This document shows positions 37,737 through 53,799 of a DNA stretch of 64,000 nt, piece after piece. Location of the stretch: contig OX597839.1 in NCBI GenBank assembly GCA_951406725.2, forward strand, positions 22,754,001-22,818,000, read 5' to 3'. A model generated the notes under the pieces. The model made no database searches, was not told the DNA's origin, and saw only the letters and a program-made list of their open reading frames with translations. The position numbers were made by a program, and so were the translations under genes. The stretch comes from Octopus vulgaris (Eukaryota). Position 1 is the stretch's first letter, and every line of letters begins with the position of its first letter.

Positions 37737-37990
37737 GGACCCAACAGATGGTGATTTCACACTTGGTTAGGACGAAGCCAGAGGAAACTCTGGTGGAAGT
37801 CTGAAGCACTTCTGACGTACGAATCAATCATCGGAAACCAGGTGTAGGGGCAAAAGACCAATCGTGCTGTCTAGTAGCTGGTTCCCTCCAAAGATTCCCA
37901 TAGCTGGCACCAGTGGGAGAATGACTTGTTATTCTGTCTGGTAAAGGGAATGACTGGAAGCCCCAGGGACGTTGACAGCATTGATCTACT
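37737..37990 (+). pseudogene. decayed 28S rRNA fragment
   Basis: GGACCC..AGATGGTGA..AGGACGAAGCCAGAGGAAACTCTGGTGGA..TCTGACGT..TAGGGGCAAAAGACCAATCG..TCTAGTAGCTGGTTCCCTCC..GGTAAAGGGAATGA is collinear with the conserved eukaryotic LSU core. Confidence 0.9.
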
Positions 37991-37995
37991 ATACA

Positions 37996-38046
<51 letters not shown>

Positions 38047-38060
38047 TATATATGTATGTA

Positions 38061-38095
<35 letters not shown>

Positions 38096-38285
38096 AAGAA
38101 TTATCAATCTGAGCAAAATACTTCTAAAGCTCTCAGTTAATGTAAATCCATCAAGATAATTAGTATAGAGCTCCAGGTAATTCTACTGTGATATCCAATG
38201 TTGATGTTCATCACCAGCCAATTATGTAAATCCATGCTTGCGTCCCCTGCCCCCAGTTAATCTGGTCTTTTTTTTACAGAGTGAT

Positions 38286-38603
38286 AGACAAGGCATAAAT
38301 AATGGGCTTCATATATTTCTTTATATTGTGCATCTCTGACTTACAGCTGTTTCTGATGTGCATTATAGGGGCGTTCATGGTTCTGTTTCCTCAATAGGTC
38401 AACTGAAAAAATTGAACAACCTTAAATACAATCACCTTCAGAATCCATGTGGGCTCTGCAGGTCAGTCAATGTTTTCAATCAATCAACTGACTGGATGAG
38501 TAAACAGAACTATGAACGAACTTGAAATAGATATCAGAAACAACTGTTAGTCTACAATGTACAAATAAATAAATAGGTAAAGCCTATTGTTTATGCCTTT
38601 TCT
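38286..38603. mobile_element. old fold-back element with a degenerate hammerhead in each arm
   Basis: Arms ~38286-38418 and 38470-38603. Arm consensus GAC-CUGAUGA..GAAA-CAGCUG-UA-AGUC. Confidence 0.65.
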
Positions 38604-38714
38604 TATAAAGGGTGGGCCATAATGATGGGACACATTTTAAATGCTTGTATCTTGGATTATAAAAATGACACAGAATAACAAATATCATCATCATCGTTTA
38701 ATGTCTGCCTTCCA

Positions 38715-40922
<2,208 letters not shown>

Positions 40923-40995
40923 GTAACATATGGTATAATTATAAACAGGGCAAATTTTAGTCATTTCTCCAGATTAAAAAAAAATGAACAACCAT

Positions 40996-41385
40996 AGGCG
41001 CAGGAGTGGCTGTGTGGTAAGTAGCTTGTTTACCAACCACATGGTTCCGGGTTCAGTCCCACTGCGTGGCACCTTGGGTAAGTTTCTTCTGCTATAGCCT
41101 CAGGCTGACCAAAGCCTTGTGAGTGGATTTGGTAGGCGGAAACTGAAAGAAGCCCGTCGTATATATGTATATATATATGCGTGTGTGTGTCTGTGTTTGT
41201 CCCCCTAGCATTGCATGACAACCGATGCTGGTGTGTTTACGTCCCCGTCACTTAGCGGTTCGGCAAAAGAAACCGATAGAATAAGTACTGGGCTTACAAA
41301 GAATAAGTCCCGGGGTCGATTTGCTCGATTAAAGGCGGTGCTCCAGCATGGCCGCAGTCAAATGACTGAAACGAGTAAACGAGAA
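40996..41385 (+). mobile_element. family-A SINE, full length
   Basis: Direct match to 845-1249. Confidence 0.92.
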
Positions 41386-42134
41386 TATAAACTCATCTAC
41401 CAACACTGATCATTTCTAAGTCTTGCCAACTCGGTAGAATAAGATACACTGAAGAGACCTAACAAGGCAGAAACATGGTTATTACTCTTCCCAGTTGGCA
41501 ATAAAAAAACAGGATCTTCTCCAACCTATATCGTTTGCATTTTTCAAAAATATAGGTTAGGTGACATATTACTGGGGTTCTATCCCTTGGTTGTTATATT
41601 TTGATTTTAAACACCTGTAAAGGAAGTCTTTTTCTACTAATTGTATAGATAATATATCTACAAGTGTGTGTGTAAGTTTAGGTTCTGTGATTGATTGAAA
41701 AATCACTGAACCATAAACAGTGATTTCAGTCCTCCTCGTCAATAAAGCGTCCACTAACTCTACACTCTCAATGACCAATGGATTATAAAAAAAAAAACTC
41801 CTTAACTTGCAAAGAAAGTAAGGATAAGCAACAGTAAAGGCACCCAGTTATAAAACAATGCCTCAACAACAGGCGTTCATCTAACCCATGCAAACATGAA
41901 AAAATGGACTTAAAACAAACAAACATTATTAACACAGGGCTATCTATTTAGAGTAAGAAATAATTAACTGGTGCTTTATTGACCCCGCCAGAAAAATGAA
42001 AAGTAAAGTTGACCCCAGTAAGATTTGAACTCAGAATATAAAGGGACATAACTGAAATATCTCAAAAACAATTTGTCTGCTGCTCTACTCGTTCTGCCAA
42101 CCAACCCATCTCGTCCCACATTTAGAATTATTAA

Positions 42135-42354
42135 CCCTTTAGTGTTTAAACCGGCCATATCTGGCCCAGATTTTCTACATATTTTATATTCAAACTGGCC
42201 ATATCTAGCCTCTCACACCTAACCTACAATGTCATTCGAAATATAAACAATCACATCATTGAAACCTCAAAGCTATAAGATAATGCATGATTAATTCAAA
42301 ACAATTTGAGTGAAAAAGTATTATATTTAACAGAGTAATCTGAACACTAAAGGG
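42135..42354. mobile_element. piggyBac-type MITE
   Basis: TTAA on both sides, TIRs CCCTTTAGTGTT / AACACTAAAGGG, subterminal GGCCATATCT repeated twice. Confidence 0.85.
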
Positions 42355-43954
42355 TTAAACTCGTTGACTTCATGAATTGTCACTTCTGAAACAAAAGAGA
42401 CAAAACAAAAGAGAAGAACTCTCGGAGTCACCAATAATTCCAGTGAATTTAAGGGGAGACAGGCTGCCCTTTCTGAAAGGTCGTTTGTTACAAGGAAACA
42501 ATGGAAAAAAATTCACCTCAAAAATGTTTTTATTTAAAAAAAAACTACATTATTGGAATCTTTGTCTCATTTAATTGGGTTTCTTTCTCTCTTTTATTGT
42601 AGGAAACTAATGGGTGGGGGTTGGGGGGAGGCATTCACAGTGGGGGGTTTCTATAAATGTGTAGGCTGTACAGTTTGTGTGTGTGTGTGGGATGTTATAC
42701 AGTGCACAGTATATGCATGGGTGTTGAATGTACATGTGTGGGTGTGTGTGTGATGTGCAAAATGTATGCGTGTATGTGCTGTCTATATAGTGTGTGGGTG
42801 TGCGTGTGTATGTGAGTCTGTGAGTGTTTGTTGTGTGTGTGTGTGTGTGTGTGCTTGCGAGTGCATATGTGTGTTTGTGTATTGTGTGCGTGTTTGTGTG
42901 TGTGTGTGTGTGTGCGAGCGTATGAGTGTGTGTGAGTGTTTGTGTGTGCATGTGTGTGTTTGTGTGTGGTGTGTGAGTGTTTATGCGTGTGTATTTGTAT
43001 GTCTGTGTGTGTTTGTGTGTGCATGCTTGTCTATGTGTGTGTGTGCTTGTCTATGTGTGTGTGTGTGTGTGTGTGCGTGCGCGCATGCTTGTCTATGTGT
43101 GTGTGTGCTTGTCTGTGTGTGTGTGCTTGTCTATGTGTGTGTGTGTGTGTACATTATGTATATATGTCCATTTGAGCAAATTTGTATATCTGTATGTCAT
43201 ATGTTTCTGTGTGTGTGTGTGTGTGTGTATTTGTGAGTTACATGTGTATGTATGTATGTTTGAGCAAGTGTGTCTTTCTGTGTTTGTGTGTGCGTTTCTG
43301 CATTTCTGTGTGTGTGTGTGTGTGCACGTGAGCCTGCATTCCCCGTCTGTGTGTTTGCGTGTGCGCTTCCCTTTCCAAGCGTTCCTGTCTGTGTGTGCGC
43401 GCGGTCGCCGAGCAGCAAGAACGGTCGCCGAGCCAGCAGCCAACAGTTTATGGAAGTGTGATAGCATTTTTACCAATGGAATCTGGGTCAATGTCTAAGA
43501 TTCCTTGGACATCCCCAGCAGTGGAATGGTGTCAATGAGGGTGTTGCAATGACAGCAGACAACGGATGGCAGGGGTGCGGTGGGGTGGAGGAGGAGGAAG
43601 AAAGGGGGCGTCGGGGTGGGGTGGGGTAAAGTAAGGGGGGCACTGAGTCATACTTTGTAATTTGGGGCTTTGGAAAGCTGCCTTTATTTTTCTGGAGGAA
43701 TCTGTACCTTTAGGAATTGGTTCAACTTGGATGGAATAGTTTTGGCAAATATTTGCAGGGTGGGTGTGCGGGTGGGGGGGGGAAGGTGGAAGGGATTAAA
43801 TCAACAAAGTGTGTATAACGGGCCGTTTGTGTATAAATATTTATATACATGCTAATGAGAATGCGTGTATATATATATATATATATATATACAGGAACAA
43901 GATCATACACACATACATGCACATTTAAAAGCACATACATTCACATATATACAC

Positions 43955-44023
<69 letters not shown>

Positions 44024-44121
44024 TACACACCCATGCCAGCATGGAAGATGGATGTTAAATGATGATGATGTTGATATATATCTGCATATACACACACACT
44101 CAAACATACATATATATATAT

Positions 44122-44164
<43 letters not shown>

Positions 44165-44190
44165 CATATATATATATATATTATATATAC

Positions 44191-44249
<59 letters not shown>

Positions 44250-44664
44250 TTATATATATATATATTAGTATGTATATGCACACAAACACAAAAATATATA
44301 TACACACAAACATAAATATATACATGCATATATGTACACATACAAACATACATACACACTCACACAAATATATATACACATATACATACAAACACACACA
44401 CATATATACACACAGACACACATACACAATACATAGTATATACACATTATAGACCCGTTTACATGTATACACACCCACAAAACAGATACTTTTATGTATA
44501 TTTAATGAATTACATGTGTACGAATATACACACTGTACTTTTTCTTTTGTTGTTGACAGACACGTGTGTGTATATATATATATATATATGTATATACATA
44601 TATATATATACATACATATATATATATATACATACATACATATATATATATATTTATATATACA

Positions 44665-44700
<36 letters not shown>

Positions 44701-45551
44701 TATATACATACACACACACATACATACACACACACACACACACATAAGCATGTATATATGTACACACACACACCAGCGTTTCTCACCCCCCACCCCCCCC
44801 ACCCGTATGTTGTGTTAAACCTAACAGTGAGATTACATATTTGATAGGGATGAAATATTCAATGAATGGGGAACAAAATGCTTTGATCACTGCCCTGTGT
44901 GTGTGTGTGTGTGTGTGTGTATACATGTTTGCGTGAGTGCATGTGTGTGTGTGTGTGTGTCTGTTAGCTCATCTGTCTGTTTGTCTGTCTCCTTTTCTCT
45001 CTCTCTCTGCCTATCTGCCTGCCTCCCTCTCTCTCATATACACATGCACACAAATACATACCCACACAACTACACATATACGCACATACATATACATACA
45101 TTCATTACATTCATACATACATATACATACACGTACATACATAGATACATACATACACGCAAATACATACATAAACACACATGCACACACTCACACATAC
45201 ATACACACACATACCTACACACACACACACACACACAGTTGCACGGTTCCTTCAACCTCACCAGAAACAGGCAAGTTTCACTTTGATACGAATCTCATGG
45301 GTTGAACAGTGAAACGAAACTCTTTTAGAAATCCTGGGATCTGTAGAGAATATAAGAATATATATGCCAAAGGTTAAGCCAATTGGCAGAGTCTGAGTTG
45401 CTCAAGGCAACATACTCTAATTATTCCTCATCAAAGTGAGTCAGCAACGAAGTCCCTATGTAGCTGCTTGACCTACAAGAAGTAGCAGCCAAACTGCCTT
45501 CAAATAACATTGTATTGTCTTAGAGATGTTTTAGATGAAGTCCTAGATAAC

Positions 45552-45820
45552 AGTGGAGGTGCATGGCTCAGCAGTTAGAGTGTTTGGCTCACAATCATGA
45601 GGTAGTGAGTTCGATTAAAGGTGGTGCATTGTGTTCTTAAGCAAGACACTTTATTTCATGTTGCTCCTGTTCACTCAGCTATAGAAATGAATTGCAACGT
45701 CACTGGTGCCAAGCTGCATTGGCCCCGAGGGTGGTATGCCTGGACTTGTGCCTCGGAGGAGAACTTTCTAGGTGCATTCCATGGTCACTCATGACTGAAG
45801 GGGCTCTGTACCCTTTACTC
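45552..45820 (+). mobile_element. CORE-type SINE
   Basis: tRNA head plus CORE, tail as in 24740-25080. Confidence 0.75.
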
Positions 45821-45828
45821 TTTATATA

Positions 45829-45918
<90 letters not shown>

Positions 45919-45934
45919 CATGTATATGTGTATA

Positions 45935-46097
45935 GTTGATTAGATCGACTCCCAGCACTCAACTGGTACCTATTTCATTGACCCTGAAAAGATGAGACAA
46001 AGTCGACCTCAGCAGAATTTGAACTTAGAACATAGAGGCAGACAAAATACCGCTAAACGTTTCGCCTGGCATGCTAACGATTCTGCCAGCTCACCAT
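45935..46097 (-). mobile_element. Nin-domain SINE
   Basis: Homologous to 6590-6822. Confidence 0.75.
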
Positions 46098-47872
46098 TTA
46101 AAAAAAATAAAACTGTATATTGATTGATCAATTGATTTATGTAGAATAAATTCAATGTTGATGAAATATAGGTTAATGTTCTTAATTGGATTCAAGTAAT
46201 TAGAAAGAGGAGGGGATGGAGTGGGTCGGGCTGGTTACTGAACGCTGGAATAACAATGCCGGAAGACAACAGTAAGTTGTGGGTCTCCATAAAGAAATAC
46301 AAGAGTGTCAGGGATTTTAACATAAGATGGAAATTACAGAAGTCCTGTTCCTATCCCACCACCACCAATAATAATGGAAATAAAACCAAAAGATTCTTTT
46401 AGCTGAGAACCAACGAAGTGCAAGATATGGAAGTGCCTCCCCAATAACCAATCCGTGATTAGTTTGAATGGTTAAGTAGAACTCAGAGGATTGCTTGGAA
46501 AAGAAGAAATTGGTGAAATGGCTGGAGTCGTTGAAGAAGATTAGACGGAGGTGTTATAGTGAGGTTCCATTGAGCTGATTATCATAAAGCTTCCATTTCT
46601 ATTCATTCTTCCAGACATGAAGACTGAATATTATTCTGTAGAATTTATGCTGCCATAAAGACTGGTTATGATCAGGAATTTAGTGGAAGTGTGAAAAGGG
46701 AGGTTGGTGGAGGAAGTGGGGATGGGGAAGATGAAGAAGGGAGAGATTACATAAGATTAGCATTCAGTGGTTTAGTGACGAGGAATTAAGAAGTTTAGGA
46801 TCAATATAAGACTATGAAATGCATCGGAATCGACACCGAAGTGCAGAGAAGACCCCTGATTCACCGGCTCAATCACCAGATGTAATAAATTTAACAAGAT
46901 TAATATTTGTAATTAATTTCCTTGTAACCAATTAGTCAACTTTAAAAAAAAAACAATTAATTTTGCACATTGGGTTTAATTAGGTGGGATGCTTAATTAA
47001 AAGGTCCCAGTTTCAAAGAAACCCCCTGCAATGGCTTACACTAATCCCTCAGCTGGAAACATTCATTGAACGCTTGATTAATTTTGGATTAGGGGATCAC
47101 CAAAGCAACTAAAGATGGATGAGATCTCATTTAATTTTTCCCCAATCTTTAATCATTTTAAGCAATATTGGTACAACTTCAGACTGGAGGAAGATTTCTA
47201 CATTTATTTTCCATATTCTTTTCTTAGGGTCCCCTTATGAACAGTAAAGTGCGCCTGATATGAAGTCACCCTCCAAAACACACAAACTACTGACCCATAA
47301 ATGGTTGTCTTCTCATCAACCTTTTATGTCAGTTCTGTTGTGACCTCTGCTTCTTGGAACTGATTGACTCAAGTCACCCCCAATCAGGGCATCTCAACTC
47401 ACCTCTCTCCCCTCTGCTCACAACTCCTATCCTAACAGCCCCACATCCAGGAATCTCTAGAATCCCCTCCTTGCCTCTGCCTGTGTGTTTTTCCTGCAAC
47501 TGTCCCCATGCAGTTATTCTTAAGGAGCATCAATGGTGTTTGATCTCAGTGGTTTTACAACAGGGGCTGTGGATGTGATGGGTACAGCCCCTACTTGTGG
47601 ACCACACCATCTAAAAAAACAACCATCTTTTAATTCTGTGACCATTGGATGGCAATGGTTGTTAGAACTCCAGTGTTGTTATTTCGTATCACCATCATTC
47701 TACAGAGATGAACAAAAGAACACCAATATAATTGGAAATAACAAAATAACAGTTTTTAACATAAAAACAAGTAGGATATTTGGAGCAGGTATGGGGCTAG
47801 TTTAAATGCTAAAGGGTTTAGTCAAGAAGTTGGTGATGTTAGAATTTTGTATGGGTTAGATAAGGGCTTGGT

Positions 47873-48188
47873 AGAAGAAAACAGCACAGCTCCCATGACT
47901 TCAGGAAACATTTTTTCACGCTGAGAGTTGCTGAAGCATGGAACAAACTGCCGGCATTGGTTGTTAGTTGTCGGAGCACTGCATCCTTCAAAACTTCCAT
48001 GCTTCCTGAGATTCGCCAACACTACACCTGATTTTCTCCCCTCCATACACACACAAGCATGTATCTGACTCATACACTGTTCACTTTCCAGACATTTCTA
48101 CATTACTGCATGTACTTTATATGCACTTTCTGACAAGTTGTGGTGCACCTGAGCACTGTATACAATAATTTCATTATTATTATTATTA
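47873..48188 (+). mobile_element. 5'-truncated CR1-clade LINE (second family)
   Basis: 47876-48031 encodes RKQHSSHDFRKHFFTLRVAEAWNKLPALVVSCRSTASFKTSM. (TTA)n tail, 16 bp TSD TAGATAAGGGCTTGGT at 47857-47872 and 48189-48204. Confidence 0.9.
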
Positions 48189-48564
48189 TAGATAAGGGCT
48201 TGGTGTTGCTAGACAACAGATAAATAATTCATAAACTGCTCTATATTTTTTGAATAGCTTTGGTTTCATTCCTCACCAACATTTCGGTCATTCTTTTAAT
48301 GACAATGACTTGTAGAAACCAGAAACCAGGAACCTGCTCGGTGGAGGCTGGAGGCGGATGTTTTCACCACTGCCGCCACCTTCTGACGCTCCTAATCTCC
48401 TTGACACCACAAACTGGGATTGTTTGAATTTTTCCACTTAATAAAATAAAAATGCTTTCTCTTAGAAATAAACTGTCACATGAGGTTAGCAGCATAATGC
48501 GAACATAGAAATACTCTGAAAGAAGTGAATCTACCAGCAATTGTTGAATTCTATGACAAAATAA

Positions 48565-49088
48565 CACCCACTTCCTCTACCCCAGCTCTCAATAGACAGG
48601 GTAGGGGAGTCTTATTATCATCATCATCAGTTGAGTTTGTTTGTTTGTTTGTGGACAAGATATCTCAAGAACCGCTGGATGGATTTGGATGAGACTTTCA
48701 GGGATGTTTGGCCCCATGACCGGCACACACTGATTAGATTTTGGGGCCAATCTGGTACCAGACAGGGATTCTGCATTATTATTTATATTTTATTTTACTT
48801 TACATGCACATGTAAAGTTTCACATTGTTCTCTTGTACACGCACACACATACATACACACACATATACATTTTCAGTGTTGAACATTACCATTCCATTTC
48901 CATTGCACACACACACACACACACACAAACATACCTCTCTTTCACACACACATATACTCACACTTCAAACACCATTAATTGGCTTCTCCACCCCTTCATT
49001 ATTCATCTATCACCCCTTCCTTTCTCATTCATAAGATGCTCTCTTTGCCATTTATCTCCTCTGCCTTCACCTCTCACTCCGGCTCTAT

Positions 49089-49126
<38 letters not shown>

Positions 49127-49425
49127 TAAATACACAAAAAGACAACACTCATTGTTATATTAGGAGATTATACATACATTTTAGCACTTTACAGTATACT
49201 TATATATATATATATATATACACATAATTCTATACATTGATCTAAACCAACAGGATTATTAGAGGAAGACCGGAATTTAAGAGAAGAGAAAACCAAGAGG
49301 TCTCATGATGTTCATTGAAAGATCTTATTTCAGATATTCACATTTTAAAAATCATCTCCGGTTAATCGTTGATAGGATGTTGGTGTTGCGTTGGCGGAGG
49401 TTTGCCGCTCTCTCAGTGCTCTTGT
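48565..49425 (+). mobile_element. Helentron-associated (HINE/DINE-like) non-autonomous element, interrupted
   Basis: (GTTT)n..AAGATATCTCAAGAACCGCTGGATGGATTTGGATGAGACTT 5' block and 3' end TTGGCGGAGGTTTGCCGCTCTCTCAGTGCT. Recognised by resemblance only. Confidence 0.5.
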
Positions 49426-49544
49426 TATTAATGCTTCTCTTCTTATAATAATATGAAAATTAATAAAGGAGGGACAAACGCGTGTGTGGGCGGGGTGTTA
49501 GTGAGCCAGATAGTAGCCTTCTATCAACAAACTGATGATATGAA

Positions 49545-49876
49545 CTGAATATATAATAGCGAAAAAAAAGGCATTAAAATGGAAAAAAATTATGGTAAAT
49601 TTTTTTTTAAATCGTAGACTCATCGTAGACATTTTTAGAGAGTTACTTCCCGTATATAATAGCGAAAAAAAGGCATTAAAATGTAAAAAAATTATGGTAA
49701 ATTTTTTTTAAAATTGTAGGCTCATCGTAGACGCGCGCTAATACCCAGAAGGGCTCGATATGAATCACGACTATAAGATACCTGGTTTTGGTTAAACTGC
49801 ACCGCAAAATGTGGGAGTAGTTAGGAATCTAAATCGTAGGAGACAGACACACAACTTCACTTTTATATATAAAGAT
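49545..49876 (-). mobile_element. Helitron-like 5' end with ~103 bp internal tandem duplication
   Basis: Minus strand begins ATCTTTATATATAAAAG. Duplicated block at ~49550-49630 and 49653-49731. Confidence 0.55.
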
Positions 49877-50471
49877 AAACTTAGAATAATGGTGGTGGTG
49901 GTGGTATAAAGTGAAATAATACTGCACCCTCCTGCATCCACCCTGTATCCACCCTGTTGACCCCACTGCAATGATGTTGGTGCTGGTGCTGTCGATAAAT
50001 ATGAGTCTGCAAATAGGTGCAGGTACGGTTGGTCATGTGGTTAACAAGTGTGATTCCTGACCATGAGGTTTCAGGATCAATCTCATTGCTCAGTAGTGTG
50101 TTGAGTAAGAGTCTACTACTTCATTAGTAGCAGATTAATTGATGCCTTGGGAAACTGTGGGGAAGCCTAAAGAGGGGGAAGGGGAGAGGGAGAGAGAAAC
50201 AGATGCAATCTTTAGCCAGTGTATATCAATACAGGATGTAAAAACCAAAGGAACCGATGCATTTTGAATGAAGTCTTTATGATGTTTGTTCTGCCCCAAG
50301 TTACACATAAGCTCCCTTGTCCGTCTCACTATCAGAAATTCAATGAACCAGTTACAGATTCAGTGGAAAAACTGTCACCAACAACAGAATTGTTCATCAA
50401 GTGTGTCATAAAATTATATAAATATATTGAACAGAACAAGCAAATCGTGATGTTTCACAAAAAACTAATAT

Positions 50472-50540
<69 letters not shown>

Positions 50541-52850
50541 TATATATATATATATATATATTTGTGTGTGTATATATATAGAATGTTTATGCTTATTTTA
50601 ATCTACCTTAACTTATTTCCCATGTGATGTTCCGTTTAAGCTAAATACATGTGTGTGTATATATATATGTATATATGTATGAGTGTGTGTGTATATATAT
50701 ATATCTGTATGTATGTGTGTGTGTGTGTATATACATATATATATGTATGTATGTATGTATGTGTATATATATGTATGTATGTGTATATATATATCTATAT
50801 GTATATATATATGTATGTATGTATGTATGTATATGTATGTTAATTTTGCAAGCAGGCTGTTCCATTAATCGGATCAACTGGAACATTTGTCGTAACTAAC
50901 AGAGTGTCAGTTAATGTGTAGACATACGTATATGCGTATGTTTATCACCCTTTACATATACACACACACATGACAAATATGAATAGATATGTCTGTATGT
51001 GTATATGTGTGCATGCGTGTTTGTGTGTGCTCTGTCTATTCATTGTTTCAGAAAATCTATGAAACAGTGAGGAAGTGCTCCACAATTGTCTTTTGTAACC
51101 TCAAGAAAGTTGATATCAGCTCTTTCTTTCATAAAATCATTAACTGCCAATATTTCTCTATCTTTTCATCCATTTGCAACAACTAAAACCACCAGCACCA
51201 CTGCTACCAGCACCACCAACAACAACAACGATATAATACAAGTTCCTTTAATAATGCATTGTTTAAAAATCAAACAAACGGATTGCATGATTCTCGAAGC
51301 CGTACATGATTGGTCGTGTCGTCTGAGACAAATGAAGCTATGGACAGCATTTTCAGCAAACCGCAATACTGAGGCCATCAGAAATCAGCTTTCAATCAAC
51401 AACATCCACGGCTACGATACTTGAAACCAGCAGAAAGAACTAGACTTTTATAAATACCAAACAGAAACTATAGCAGGTCAATTTATTTCAACAATGCAAA
51501 TGTTGTAAGAAAAGTCACGGCCATCATCAGCAACAGCATCACAGCTGTCATTGTGGTTTAACTCTGGTGTAATTTCAGATAAGCACGCCATGTGGCGTTA
51601 TTGATAATATCATTTTAATACAGTATCTACATATCTCCTTAGATTGACACTAGATGTCACCGATTTCACTAACATCTCGGCTCATAGCTGTCGTTTATTT
51701 GATCTTTGATCAATAAAGACATTAGTAGATCACCTACTTTAAACTATTGTTGGTCAAGTATCGACTAGATACTACGTCTGATACAGTCAATCTACTACGC
51801 ACTATATTTGCATATAATCCATTATATATATGTACATATATATATCAAACACATTACATGGAAGAAGTATAATATTTACTAAAGTCCACTGCAGATTAAA
51901 CATCACATCCATTACAGTCTGTTGTGCACTTGAGACTTCTGTTATAGTCACCCTAAAACAGACACAACATCTACCATGGAACACTTGCACACATACTCCA
52001 ACCTCTGGGCCACAAGCATGCAGTGTCTCCTCTTTCAGTGTTATGTACCGAAACTATAATAATCTTAGTTCCTCAAAACTGACTGGGATTCTGCAACTCA
52101 CTCATCCTACCAACCACACAACCATTTCTTACCCACTCATCTTTCCTCATCATTGTATATATATATATGCATATATATAAACATACATAAAACATTCATC
52201 AATCGACATGTGTATCTGTGTGTACACATGTATATATGTACATGTATATGAATGTATATATATATGTATATATGTATATATATATATATATATATGATCA
52301 TTTTTATATACATATATATGGATATAAATACACACATTTATATCCATATATAGATAAGGATATATATGTGTGTGTATATATTCACACACATGTATGTATG
52401 TATGAATGTTTGTATACAAACATACACACATACATACACACACATACACACACACACACATATCTCCATAGGCCAGTTCATTTATTACAGATGCAGTTAT
52501 TTACCAACAGTATCAAACAATATCCTTCTTTATTACTCCCTAATTGGTTTTCTTCAAAAACAGCTGAGCGGCAGAAAACTGATTTTATTCCTTTCGGGGG
52601 CCAATGAGCAGAAAATAAAACGAAAATAGCAAAAGACAAAAATCCTCAAATCCTAGAATGCCATTAAGATTCATTGAATAGAATAAAAAGCCGACAGACT
52701 TAGGCTTGAACATTGCGGAAATGTATTCCAAGTTGGATTTAGATATTTGCAATTGAGAGTTTACAGTAGATTACACCAGGAGTAGCAATAACACACACAC
52801 AGACAACATATATAATATGTATATATATATAATATGTATGTATATATATA

Positions 52851-52906
<56 letters not shown>

Positions 52907-52945
52907 CATGCATATAATACATATAGCTGATATGTAAGATATATA

Positions 52946-53076
52946 CAGGGTGTCCCAAAAAAATGTATACACATAGTGGTTCGGCAAAAGAGAACAATAG
53001 AATAAGTACTAGGCTTACAAAGAATAACAAATTTACAATTATTTAAGGTGTGTATACATTTTTTTGGGACACCCTG
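52946..53076. mobile_element. Tc1/mariner MITE carrying a captured SINE fragment
   Basis: Perfect 28 bp TIR CAGGGTGTCCCAAAAAAATGTATACACA, TA TSD. The interior matches the family-A SINE tail region. Confidence 0.9.
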
Positions 53077-53259
53077 TATATATATATATACATACACACA
53101 CACACACACACATGTATACATGTATATAAAGCATATAGCTGATATGTAATCATCATCATCAATATATTTATATATATATGCATACATATATACATACACA
53201 CACATACACACATATATATACACACATATATATACACACCTATATATACACATATATAT

Positions 53260-53595
53260 AGGAAGCACTCTGTCGGTTACAACGACGAGGGTCCCAGCTG
53301 ATATGATCAATAGAACAGCTTGCACATCGGGCCGACCAATGTGCAAGTGGCCGAGTACTCCACAGACACGCATACTCCTTTTTACATATTTCTCATGGAG
53401 ATTCAGTGTGACTCAGAGTGTAACAAGGCTGGCCTTTTGAAATACAGGTACTACTCATTTTTTCTACCTGAGTGGATTGGAGCAGCATGAAATAAAGTTT
53501 TTTGCTCAAGGACACAACACAGCCACTGGGAATTGAACTCATGACCCTATAATCACGTGCTAACTGCCCTAACCACTAAGCCACACACCTTCACA
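53260..53595 (-). mobile_element. CORE-type SINE (family C)
   Basis: Homologous to 15605-15930. Confidence 0.8.
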
Positions 53596-53747
53596 TAAAA
53601 AAAAGACACATATATATATATATACACACACACATACACATATGTCATATACATATAACATATATATCTACACACACATACACATATGTCATATATATAT
53701 AACATATATATATATATACACATACACACATGTCATATACATATAAC

Positions 53748-53780
<33 letters not shown>

Positions 53781-53799
53781 TACACATATGTCATATATA

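Noticed and set aside
46100-46900. Possible ancient LINE RT remnant on the minus strand
   Set aside because: Only a QGS-like trace, with no supportable collinear motifs.
51293-51417. Possible pre-miRNA stem (TCGAAGCCGTACATG / CATCCACGGCTACGA)
   Set aside because: Stem is short and mismatched with a ~90 nt loop, and I recognise no conserved miRNA sequence.
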